In this document: positions 24,164 to 32,632 of the stretch, piece after piece
Numbering within the stretch: position 1 is the stretch's first letter
Layout: every line of letters starts with the position of its first letter
Origin: Caldora sp. SIO3E6
GTDB taxonomy: Bacteria > Cyanobacteriota > Cyanobacteriia > Cyanobacteriales > Coleofasciculaceae
Reading direction: 5' to 3'
Assembly: GCA_010672185.1 (NCBI GenBank)
Contig: JAAHHL010000032.1
Location: forward strand, 5,937-69,936
DNA length: 64,000 nucleotides
Translations under genes and position numbers: made by a program
The notes under the pieces: model-generated
What the model was told of the DNA's origin: nothing
Database searches by the model: none
What the model saw: the letters and a program-made list of their open reading frames with translations, nothing else

Positions 24164-24907
24164 ATGACACATTACACAGTCAAAAGCCTAGCAGATGAAG
24201 CAGGGATGTATTTAGAGGATATGATTCCTTTGTTGGCAAGGCTGGGAATGAAAGATGCTACGCATGATCAAAAGGTAAAATCTGCGATCGCATCAGCAGT
24301 TCTTCGGACAGTTAAAACCCACAATGACTCGCTACAAAAACAGATAGCAGCTTCTGCTACTAACCCACCCCTAACCTCTCCCAGGAGGGGAACGGAAGGG
24401 GAAGGAGATCCAGGGGAACTGGCACTACCAGAAAAATTGAAATTGAAGGAGGTAAAGGGAGTTGCTCAACAAGCTGGGGTTACTCAAGTTTTTGTCAAAG
24501 AACTATCAACAGCCATCTACAACCGCAAGATGGACTTGTTGGTAGAGCAAGGGCTGGAAGAATACCGTAGAGAGCAGGAAGCCGTAGAAGCAGGCAGGTT
24601 ATATGGTCAAATCCAAGACCTCCAAACCCAACAAAATGAGCTTCTTGAGATGGAAGAAAGACTCTATAAGTCTCAGGCAAAAGCACGGACTGAAGAAGTG
24701 CTTGATAGTGTTGGCTGTGACTTACAAGCTGTTATTGATTCTATTCAAAACCAACAAGAGGAAGATGCCAACAAACGTGAGAAACGTCGTCAGCTCGTAG
24801 CCAAGATTGAAAGCGGGGAAGAGTTAACGGAGGAAGAGCTACAAGACCCTTTCGTTATGTCTCGGTACGACTGGTATCAATCAAGGGTAGGAAATTTGTC
24901 CGCATAA
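24164..24907 (+). CDS. Hypothetical coiled-coil protein
   Basis: 247 aa. ATG lies 2 nt after the upstream stop. C-terminal half is rich in E, Q and K. Confidence 0.5.
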   Translation: MTHYTVKSLADEAGMYLEDMIPLLARLGMKDATHDQKVKSAIASAVLRTVKTHNDSLQKQIAASATNPPLTSPRRGTEGEGDPGELALPEKLKLKEVKGVAQQAGVTQVFVKELSTAIYNRKMDLLVEQGLEEYRREQEAVEAGRLYGQIQDLQTQQNELLEMEERLYKSQAKARTEEVLDSVGCDLQAVIDSIQNQQEEDANKREKRRQLVAKIESGEELTEEELQDPFVMSRYDWYQSRVGNLSA

Positions 24908-24978
24908 ATGGTCAGTTGTGTGCGGTACTTACTTCAAGGGAATTAGAAAAATTAAACCAGAGTTTGAGGAAAAGGAAA

Positions 24979-25170
24979 ATGGGTACAGCTATCGGATTGG
25001 GTATCGGGGTAGTTATTGGTCGTAACTGGAATCGTATCAAGAAAGGGCTGACTTGGTTAGGTAATTGCCTCTCTGAAGAGTTGACATTAACAGAAAACGA
25101 CTATCAAGAACACTATGCAGGCTATGAGCCGCTCACAACGCTTGGACTGGTTTTGCTAGAACGAGACTAA
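24979..25170 (+). CDS. Hypothetical small protein with a Gly-zipper-like hydrophobic N-terminus
   Basis: ATG at 24979 after a GAGGAAAAGGAAA tract, giving MGTAIGLGIGVVIGRNW... The ORF-track start at 24916 is TTG. Confidence 0.4.
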   Translation: MGTAIGLGIGVVIGRNWNRIKKGLTWLGNCLSEELTLTENDYQEHYAGYEPLTTLGLVLLERD

Positions 25171-25619
25171 AGCGTACTTTAATTTCCCTTGAGGTTCCGG
25201 GTGCATTTCGGACAAAATGCACGTACTGCAAATAGCAGGCGATGCCTAAAAGTTCCAAAACGGAAACCAGAGAACTATTGACAGATAAAGTTTTCAAAGA
25301 TTGCAGTTTCAATATGTACGGTGAGTAAGTTCCTTCCTTTGAGATAGCCGAAAGAACTAAAGGGTAAAGGCTGTAGCGATCGCAACCAAAAACTGTACGG
25401 CAAACGGAACTAAAACAGTTCTCATTCAAAAGTTTTGTACTAACAATGAATCGCTGAAACTGTTTATTTCTCGTGAAAGAGTCAGTTCCACAGTTCCAGA
25501 TTAGCTCCGGAATTGTGAAGAGCTGTAATAAAGAGCGGGGCTGTGGTGACCCAATAGGACGGAAAACAGCCATTTTGGATGGGACACCAAAAAATACAAC
25601 CATTCTTGATAAACATACC

Positions 25620-26354
25620 ATGACTAATTCATCTGAGAAAGTGTGGGCAGTCAAACCGTTAACCCCTTCTCCTGAGGTAAAAACCAAACAGCCTGTTGCA
25701 GCAAATCCAATTGGTATCAACACAGAGGAGCCTGGTGCATTGAGCGCTCCGGTAAGCAATGCTCAACCAGTTGAGGTTGATGTGATTGATGATGCAATCG
25801 CAGAAGTCTCTGGAAAAACTCAAGCACTATTGGATAAGACAGAGAAGTTCGCCTCAGCTTTCATTAACAAAGCTGAGGGACGGTTTGCCGCTTCAGAAGA
25901 GTTCATGTTGGACTTGATAGAAGGTAATGTTGACCAAGCTTACTTGGCTCAGCGTTTTGGTAAAATCACCAATGCAGAGTTGCAGCGGGAATTGGTCGAG
26001 ATTGAGCAGATTGGCAATGCTATTCGCCTCTCAATTGAGAAGAAAGGGTTGACTGTTATGGCGTTGAAGGAACAGCAAGCAACCCTTCAAGTGGTGGAAG
26101 AAGAAGCAAACACCGCTACTGCTGTTAATCGTGCTGCTGATGCTACCAACAAGGCAGAACATTCAGGAGTCATGCTCAAGCTCCGCGCTCGACTCCGGGA
26201 ACAACAACAGCGCAAGACTCAAGCCAATCTTCAAGTAGCAACCATTCGTGCTGATGAACGGGAAGAGGCAGCACAAACCTTGCTTCAGAAAGTACAAGGC
26301 AAGTACAAGCAATCCCAAGGACAACGCAAAGCTGATGCTGCAACTCCTGTGTAA
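25620..26354 (+). CDS. Hypothetical Ala/Gln-rich coiled-coil protein
   Basis: The internal ATG at 25620 (MTNSSEKVW...) is preferred over the ORF-track start at 25473. Confidence 0.45.
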   Translation: MTNSSEKVWAVKPLTPSPEVKTKQPVAANPIGINTEEPGALSAPVSNAQPVEVDVIDDAIAEVSGKTQALLDKTEKFASAFINKAEGRFAASEEFMLDLIEGNVDQAYLAQRFGKITNAELQRELVEIEQIGNAIRLSIEKKGLTVMALKEQQATLQVVEEEANTATAVNRAADATNKAEHSGVMLKLRARLREQQQRKTQANLQVATIRADEREEAAQTLLQKVQGKYKQSQGQRKADAATPV

Positions 26355-26436
26355 TTACACAGTTGTCAAGCGTCCATTAGCTTTCCGAGCCTGAGGCACT
26401 CCTCAGGCTCCAAAGAGCACACTACTTTCAAGGATT

Positions 26437-26598
26437 ATGACCACTTTCATTAAAAGCTCTATTGCTACTTTCACTGTCCTTCTCATTGGACACGTCATCA
26501 TCTCCGCTGTTATCTGGATTGGCAATCATTCTATTCTTATCGCTTCAGTCATCATTTTTGTCGTCATGATCGCACTCATCGCTTTAGCTTCCAACTAA
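26437..26598 (+). CDS. Small (53-aa) two-TM hydrophobic protein, absent from the ORF track
   Basis: Hand translation: MTTFIKSSIATFTVLLIGHVIISAVIWIGNHSILIASVIIFVVMIALIALASN. Its stop overlaps the next ATG (TAATG at 26596-26600). Confidence 0.5.
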   Translation: MTTFIKSSIATFTVLLIGHVIISAVIWIGNHSILIASVIIFVVMIALIALASN

Positions 26599-28382
26599 TG
26601 AAACCTTTATTCCCATTTACCGCGACATTAACAGGAGTAATTTTAATGTTTACTCCTATGGATGGGAGGTTTAAAATGTTGGTTGCCTCCCTGACTGCAA
26701 TTCCTGGTTGCAGTTACTTATTAGACGAAAGAGCGCAATTACAACAAGCAATTTCTCGACTTGCTCAGCTCAAAAAAGAAGCAGATGCGATCGCTCTGAC
26801 CAATTCTCAGCTAACTGCTGAGTTTGAAGCAACAGAAGTAGAGATTAGAACGAAGCTCAAAGAGGCAGAGCTTTCCTTAACCAAGGCTAATGATGAAGCT
26901 AATCGGATTAAGGCTTTAGCTCAAATTGAGGCAGAACAAGCGATTAATGATGCAGCCGAAATTGAGTCGCAAGCCAAGAGGGACGCTGCTGCCATCAAAA
27001 ATCAAGCTGAGGAGGAAAAACAGCAGTTACTTCAAGATGCTAGGAGAACTGTTAATGGCATCACAGAAGAAGTTGCAGTTGCTCGGAGTAAGGCAGCTCA
27101 CTCAATTTGGAGGGCAAGAAGAAAAGCTCGATTACGTTGTGAAGTAATGGCGCGAGAACTGCATGAGGCGATTGCCTTCGACACCAAACAACTCGAACTA
27201 AAAAAAGCTGAACTAGAAACTGAATTAAAGCACAAACAAGCTGAGGCTGACCAACAAATAGCCACTCAATTGAAAGAAATTCAGGAAAATAAAAATGCCA
27301 TTGAAGACGAGATACGCCAAAAACGAGCTGAGCTTGAGGCTAAAATCGCTTCATCGTGGATTGAATTTGAGAAGGAAAAGGAGGAAGCAGCAGAAGCTTT
27401 TGCTAGCCAATTAGTGGCAGAGAATAACGCAACCTTACAAGAACAACTTGACCAGTACAACGAGGAATTCGTTGCTAAGAAGAAAGAATATGACGAGGCG
27501 ATTGCGGCAGCTGAGAAAGAGCTGAAAAAGCAAGAGCGGGAACTCAAAAAGCAATGGGAAGAAAAGTACAATCAGTGGTTGATTCCCCATATTCAAGAGT
27601 ATCAGCAACTGAAAGAGACTCTAGAAGACTGGAAACAGAAGTATTACGCGGCAGAGGAAGAAATTGCTTCACTCAAAGATATTGTATTACCTGATAATCC
27701 TTGGCGATCAATGCACACTACAAGAGCGGTGGCGGTTCAACAATATATGAAAGCTCAGGGAGTACTAGTCAACTACTATAACTCCGCTATAGACAAAAAT
27801 GGGAAGTTTACCCTATTCTTCAAGCCTTGGCAGTCTGGAGTCAAATTTAAGCGCTCTTTGGAAGGTATCTTACCAGGGATGCAAAGTAATTTTTGTCTTA
27901 TTGCCCCTCCAGTGTTTGGGGAGCAAGTTGATTGCTGGTTTTTGGAAATGTCTCCGTCAGTGGACTCGCTAACTAATTCTATGGAGTCTGCCTACCAACT
28001 AGAGGCATCATTCCCCTCTAGCCCTGCTGTCTTAACAGTACCGCAAACAGTCGAAAATAACCAAGTTACGCGCTCACTTGACTACGAGCAAAAAGTAGCT
28101 TTCATGATGAATTTGCGACCAGGAACTCTCCCAAAGCCAGTAACTGAAGAAATTACTGATCAGGAGTTAACTGTAGCTGATTGGTTATGCAATTGGCGGT
28201 TTACTGCTACCAAAGGAGAACAAGCCAATATTAGACAGGTAAACAAGTTGATTGAGGCTCTTTATGGTATAAAACCCGGTCGCTCTACTGAAGTTAGAGA
28301 TCCGGTGACTAGGGAGAGCTTAAGGCAGCGGGTTCACAGGATTCTTGAACTATTAAAAATTGAAGGCAATCGATTTGATTAA
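26598..28382 (+). CDS. Large coiled-coil protein with a hydrophobic N-terminus and a globular C-terminal domain
   Basis: 594 aa. Has ~300 aa of E/K/A/Q-rich heptad-like sequence. No catalytic motif recognised. Confidence 0.55.
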   Translation: MKPLFPFTATLTGVILMFTPMDGRFKMLVASLTAIPGCSYLLDERAQLQQAISRLAQLKKEADAIALTNSQLTAEFEATEVEIRTKLKEAELSLTKANDEANRIKALAQIEAEQAINDAAEIESQAKRDAAAIKNQAEEEKQQLLQDARRTVNGITEEVAVARSKAAHSIWRARRKARLRCEVMARELHEAIAFDTKQLELKKAELETELKHKQAEADQQIATQLKEIQENKNAIEDEIRQKRAELEAKIASSWIEFEKEKEEAAEAFASQLVAENNATLQEQLDQYNEEFVAKKKEYDEAIAAAEKELKKQERELKKQWEEKYNQWLIPHIQEYQQLKETLEDWKQKYYAAEEEIASLKDIVLPDNPWRSMHTTRAVAVQQYMKAQGVLVNYYNSAIDKNGKFTLFFKPWQSGVKFKRSLEGILPGMQSNFCLIAPPVFGEQVDCWFLEMSPSVDSLTNSMESAYQLEASFPSSPAVLTVPQTVENNQVTRSLDYEQKVAFMMNLRPGTLPKPVTEEITDQELTVADWLCNWRFTATKGEQANIRQVNKLIEALYGIKPGRSTEVRDPVTRESLRQRVHRILELLKIEGNRFD

Positions 28383-28414
28383 ATTCTAAATTCTAAATTC
28401 TAAATTCTAAATTC
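28381..28414. repeat. Tandem heptamer AAATTCT (~4.9 copies)
   Basis: Read directly from the sequence. It fills the whole intergenic gap 28383-28417. Confidence 0.85.
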
Positions 28415-28417
28415 ATT

Positions 28418-29128
28418 ATGATTTACTCGAAACGGGAGGGGATAGACCCGCGAGATTGGTTGAAGCAGGCTAACTTCCCCAGTAATTGGAAAGAATTAGA
28501 TTTACAGCAGTGGATTGCTGACAGATTGCGATCGCAAGGTTATGACCTCAAGGAAGGGGTTTGGATGGATCTCCCTGGTGGTGGTAAAGGACAAGCAGAT
28601 ATAGTTTTATATTACGATGGTAAACCCTGGCAAGTATTGGAAGTAAAAAAAATCATTAACAGGGAGGGTGTTTTACTTGGAACCAATCAAGCAAGAGCCT
28701 ACACGAGTATTCTAGGGGCGACAGAACAACCTTTGCTAATGGGGTTAGCACCTTGGTCAGAGAAGGAGTACTGGAGCGGTAAGAATGCAATAAATTTATC
28801 AGCGCACAATCAAGTAGGGATTATTTTCCTCAATGAAGATGATCGCTGGTTTCCAGCGCCTAACGAGGGGATTGCACAGACTCAGCATCGCGACAATAAC
28901 TTTAACTTTCAGTTTAAGTTATTGAATTTAGGACTGATAAACTCACTTTTGTCCAACTGTTATAGCTTAATCAATCGAGGAATCAATAAGCTAAATTGGA
29001 AGAAAAAAGCAATTGCTATCATCACACTATTCTTTATTTCATTTCTGCTATCCTGGTTTCATGGTTCTAAGGCTTTTGATCCGTATCGGGACATAAATAA
29101 CAATAATGTGCAAGAGCAATGCAGGTAA
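28418..29128 (+). CDS. PD-(D/E)XK-like nuclease-fold protein with a C-terminal TM segment
   Basis: 236 aa. GGGKGQADIVLYYDGKPWQVLEVKK fits the D...E-x-K core (Hjc/VRR-NUC-like pattern). C-terminal hydrophobic stretch: AIAIITLFFISFLLSWF. Confidence 0.45.
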   Translation: MIYSKREGIDPRDWLKQANFPSNWKELDLQQWIADRLRSQGYDLKEGVWMDLPGGGKGQADIVLYYDGKPWQVLEVKKIINREGVLLGTNQARAYTSILGATEQPLLMGLAPWSEKEYWSGKNAINLSAHNQVGIIFLNEDDRWFPAPNEGIAQTQHRDNNFNFQFKLLNLGLINSLLSNCYSLINRGINKLNWKKKAIAIITLFFISFLLSWFHGSKAFDPYRDINNNNVQEQCR

Positions 29129-29157
29129 TTAGGTTGATGCAAGGAGGTTTTAGCTTT

Positions 29158-30294
29158 TTACTGCGGTTTTAATATTTCATCTATTTGTGCCAGTTTTTGA
29201 GTCAAGAGTTCCTTCAACTCCAAAAGTTGCGATGGTTCAGCTTGGTCAAACATTTCACCAGACAGTTTGGAGAGAGTCGCTGTGGCAAGTGATATTTGTT
29301 TAACTCGCCTAGGTGGTGTTGGCTCCGATGCAACTTGGGCAGAGATCACTTCTTTAACTAATTTTCGAGTTTGGGAGGCAGACAATTTCTCGGCGAGCAC
29401 TCTTTGGGTTGTCTTGACCCTGATTGACTTAGCTTTTTGCTCTGACAACTTCAAGTTTTTGGCTGAGAGCTTCTGTAGTGCCAGTGCATGAACACCAAAA
29501 AGTCCCGATTCCCTGATAGCAGCTTTGAGGTCTACAGCTAAAGAAAGCATGGGGAAAATATTGGCATCGATGGAGGCTGGATTGAGCTGTAAATCCAGTA
29601 GTAACAATAATATGGCTTGCTCTTGCTCATCTAGACCCAAAGATGCTAAGCCCTGTTTTTGCTCTGGCTCAGCAGCATTCATGAGTTCAACGACTTGACT
29701 CATGCGTCCCTGTTTGTTCAACCTTCGCACTGCCGTTGAGAGCAGACGGGGAATATCAACACCATCTATACCAGTATTATCAGCTAATTCCCGAACAATT
29801 GCCTCTGCTTTATCAAGAGGGTTGAGGTCTTCTCGATGCAGGGAAGTCAATAGCGCTTTACGGTGTAAGGCAGTTGGTTCGGGAATAATTACAGCTTGCA
29901 GGCTCTGCCAGCCTAAATTTTTAGCACTGCGCCAGCGCCGTTCTCCATCAAATAGTACTAAATCTCCTCGCTCAACCAAAATAATCGGCTCTAGTTGTCC
30001 ATCTTTAGATAGTGAGCGGGACATTGAGGAGATACTTTCAGGCAAAAATGTCTGTCTGGGTTGCTCAGGGTTAGGTTGAATTTGTTCCAAAGAAATAGAA
30101 ACAACCCCCGCTCTGGATTGCAATTGCTCCCGCAAGGCTTTCAGCTGAGCTTCTAATTCGGTTGAACCAGAGTTCCTCAGTTCTTCAATTTCTGCTTTGA
30201 GTCGCTGGATTTCTTCGACCGCAGCCGATAGCTGCTGAGACTGCTTGGCGGCTGAAAAATAGTTGTTAAGGTTAGGAGCTTTCTGAGCACTCAT
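29158..30294 (-). CDS. parB: ParB-family partition protein
   Basis: 378 aa. ParB N-domain: ISLEQIQPNPEQPRQTF ... LEPIILVERGDLVLFDGERRWRSAK. Confidence 0.9.
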   Translation of the reverse strand: MSAQKAPNLNNYFSAAKQSQQLSAAVEEIQRLKAEIEELRNSGSTELEAQLKALREQLQSRAGVVSISLEQIQPNPEQPRQTFLPESISSMSRSLSKDGQLEPIILVERGDLVLFDGERRWRSAKNLGWQSLQAVIIPEPTALHRKALLTSLHREDLNPLDKAEAIVRELADNTGIDGVDIPRLLSTAVRRLNKQGRMSQVVELMNAAEPEQKQGLASLGLDEQEQAILLLLLDLQLNPASIDANIFPMLSLAVDLKAAIRESGLFGVHALALQKLSAKNLKLSEQKAKSIRVKTTQRVLAEKLSASQTRKLVKEVISAQVASEPTPPRRVKQISLATATLSKLSGEMFDQAEPSQLLELKELLTQKLAQIDEILKPQ

Positions 30295-30395
30295 ACTGAT
30301 TTTTTATATCATAAGATGTCAAATCACCCATAATAAAAATTTCTCCGCGTCCGGTGCGTCTCCGTGTCTGGAGCGTTAATCCTAATTATGGTTAT

Positions 30396-31214
30396 TCAAG
30401 CGGACATGATATTACTCTTCTTCTTCGGCTTCCCCATCAACTTGGCTAGGTGTGAAGTGATCTCTCTGAAGTCACTCAACGCCGGATGAGAAGGGCGGTG
30501 AAGACGTAAGGGCAACCCTTGTCCACTGGCATTGACAAATTCTGCACTATTGCGAATTGCTGGAAATGCCCGGATATCCATCTGTTCTAGCTGAGCGGGT
30601 AATGATTCTTGAAGCTGTCGATGTACTGCTCGCTTCCTGTCGTATTGGCTTGGCACAAATCCCAACACTTCTGGCTGAGGTTTTAAGCGCAAGTGTCGGC
30701 AATTATAGTAATACCATTCGAGTAAATGAGCGGCTCCCTGAATTGACTTCGGCTCTAGTTGCACAGGTACTACTAAATGAGTGCTGGCTGCTAGTGCCAT
30801 CAAAGGTAAAGGACCAAGGGTAGCTGGGCAGTCAAAGATAATCAGGTCATGATTGAGTGGATAGTCACTTAAGCAGTCATCTAGCAGGTAAGCTCCTCGT
30901 TTGTGTAACACTAGCTCATCTGCTGTTTGGGTTAACACCATGCCACCTTGACAGATGACTACCTTCTTCGTGTGTTCGCTCCAGCAAGGGGTCAAGGGCC
31001 AGTTGCCGTCAAATTTATCTTGCAATACAGCAGCCAGTGTTTGCTCTGGTTCTGGCGGCGTCAAGCCACAAAAGAGGGTCAGCGACCCTTGGGGGTCAAG
31101 ATCCATGAGTACCACCTTGAAGCCGCTTAATCCTAGTTCGTAGGCCAGATGCACAGAAAGAGTGGTTTTACCACTGCCACCAGCATTGCTGAGCACAGCC
31201 AGTCTAATTTGCAT
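30396..31214 (-). CDS. parA: ParA-family partition ATPase
   Basis: 272 aa. Deviant Walker A (SNAGGSGKTT), then DLDPQGSLT, and a Walker B-like motif (LIIFDCPA). Confidence 0.9.
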   Translation of the reverse strand: MQIRLAVLSNAGGSGKTTLSVHLAYELGLSGFKVVLMDLDPQGSLTLFCGLTPPEPEQTLAAVLQDKFDGNWPLTPCWSEHTKKVVICQGGMVLTQTADELVLHKRGAYLLDDCLSDYPLNHDLIIFDCPATLGPLPLMALAASTHLVVPVQLEPKSIQGAAHLLEWYYYNCRHLRLKPQPEVLGFVPSQYDRKRAVHRQLQESLPAQLEQMDIRAFPAIRNSAEFVNASGQGLPLRLHRPSHPALSDFREITSHLAKLMGKPKKKSNIMSA

Positions 31215-31245
31215 TTCTACAAATTGGTTAAGTGTTATGTGAGCA

Positions 31246-31263
31246 TCATATATCGATATATGA
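31246..31263. promoter_or_regulatory. Perfect 18-bp palindrome TCATATATCGATATATGA upstream of parA (operator/centromere candidate)
   Basis: Centre lies ~40 bp upstream of the parA ATG (31214, minus strand). Confidence 0.5.
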
Positions 31264-31330
31264 CGTTAGCCAAGTATTAAAGATGGATATTAATCAGAAT
31301 TCGACTGTTCAAGTAACCCCATCTTGAAAC

Positions 31331-32449
31331 TTACAGCTTGATTGTTCTGAAACGTCTGATTAAAGCTGGACGATTACTGTAGTCAGACTTAAGTTTTTCC
31401 AAGTGTTGGATGAATTCAGGCAATCTTCCCTGATGTTCTGCCAAATCACGCAAATCTTTGAGTAAAGCAGTGGCTTGATCATAGGGTTTGGCTTGCTTGA
31501 GTTCAATGAGTTCCACCACTGTGTTCCAGGTTTGGGCTTCTTTGGGTGCCAGTGCCTCTAATTCCCGAATTCGCTTTTTTCTCGCTGCATCCCGTTCTTT
31601 TTGTTTACGCCTTACCCTCAGGGTATCAGCGATCGCTTCTAGTTCAGACAGTCGCCGATGTCCTGAAGCTAATTGAGGACTTGAGCGAGTTGTGCCAGCC
31701 AACTCCTGCAATCGATTAATCAATTGCAAGTCAACATGAGGTTCGCGCCGTACAAGTTTGAGCAAAAATTCTTGCTGTTCGTCTTCTGACAGAGCAGACA
31801 ACCAGTTTTCCAGCGGCACCTCTGAGGTAAATTGATGGCGAGGACTTGCCTGAGCTGCTGCTGCAACTAAATCGGAGTCAAGTTCTACTAGCTCAATGAA
31901 TGCCTTGAGGGGTTGAGAAAGCTGGCTCAAATTAGGGGGAATTGGTGGCTCAACCGGATCTTCCTTTAGAACGTATCCAGCGAGGTAGGGAGCTACTCGC
32001 AACCAAACCAAGTACAGCAAGCGTAGATCTCCACCCAACAGCTCATCGCGGAGGGGCAGTAAGCGCGGTAGCCATCCTTCACCTTCAACCCAACCCTGTA
32101 TTCCTTCTTCCTCATTGATTTCAATATCAAGGACGATGTACTTAGAGCTAGTGGTGATGGCGATCGCATCCGGCAAGTTGTAAGGTTGGAACCACTTGAG
32201 GTCAATGATCGCTTTAGGGAACCGAAACATTAATCGCCAAGTGCCCCAGTTGGCGATGTAAAACATGATATCAAAGTATTGGGTTAATACTTTCTCTGGC
32301 TCGCCGCGAAAGTCGCCATAGTTATAGAGAAAAATTGCCTGAGTTGGCGTGAGTTGAACCCGACTGGATAGTTTTTGGATCTCCGCCTGTTCTTGAGCTG
32401 TGAGCAGACGATCAATCACTTGAAATTCGTAATACTGATACTCACTCAT
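31331..32449 (-). CDS. Conserved hypothetical protein
   Basis: 372-aa ORF with an ATG start (MSEYQYYEFQVIDRLLT...). C-terminal basic coiled coil. Confidence 0.55.
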   Translation of the reverse strand: MSEYQYYEFQVIDRLLTAQEQAEIQKLSSRVQLTPTQAIFLYNYGDFRGEPEKVLTQYFDIMFYIANWGTWRLMFRFPKAIIDLKWFQPYNLPDAIAITTSSKYIVLDIEINEEEGIQGWVEGEGWLPRLLPLRDELLGGDLRLLYLVWLRVAPYLAGYVLKEDPVEPPIPPNLSQLSQPLKAFIELVELDSDLVAAAAQASPRHQFTSEVPLENWLSALSEDEQQEFLLKLVRREPHVDLQLINRLQELAGTTRSSPQLASGHRRLSELEAIADTLRVRRKQKERDAARKKRIRELEALAPKEAQTWNTVVELIELKQAKPYDQATALLKDLRDLAEHQGRLPEFIQHLEKLKSDYSNRPALIRRFRTIKL

Positions 32450-32632
32450 CTACAATAAAAAATTTTCTGAACTCTTTTGCTTCTGCATCACCATACAACT
32501 CCAACTTCCTGGAACTCATCAAGCCGAATTGTCTATCAACCCGTCACTCACTGAAGAACTGGGGAAGCAGATCTCTTCGGCTATCATACTGAGAAGTAAG
32601 CACAGATTTCTAAGAAGCAACTGGGAAAATCC

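Larger units (their letters stand above)
1..31300. mobile_element. Tailed-phage-derived element (prophage or phage-plasmid): head/packaging, DNA-modification, replication, switch-like and accessory modules plus parAB. The left end runs off the window and the right end is approximate.
   Basis: Co-linear terminase, portal, scaffold and capsid genes, DnaB plus an initiator, HNH genes and small HTH/RHH regulators, followed by parA/parB. No att sites or adjacent integrase were identified. Confidence 0.7.

Noticed and set aside
25133-25759. 208-aa minus-strand ORF spanning the 25171-25619 gap
   Set aside because: It has no recognisable motif or RBS and overlaps plus-strand genes at both ends. The ~450-bp gap is more likely a non-coding leader or promoter region. 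It contains an 8-bp-stem hairpin (GTGCATTT...AAATGCAC at ~25200-25222), but I could not support a specific RNA or promoter call.
30342-30368. Direct repeats TCTCCGCGTC / TCTCCGTGTC between parA and parB as parS
   Set aside because: There are only two short imperfect copies. The 18-bp palindrome upstream of parA is a better candidate, and neither can be confirmed without binding data.
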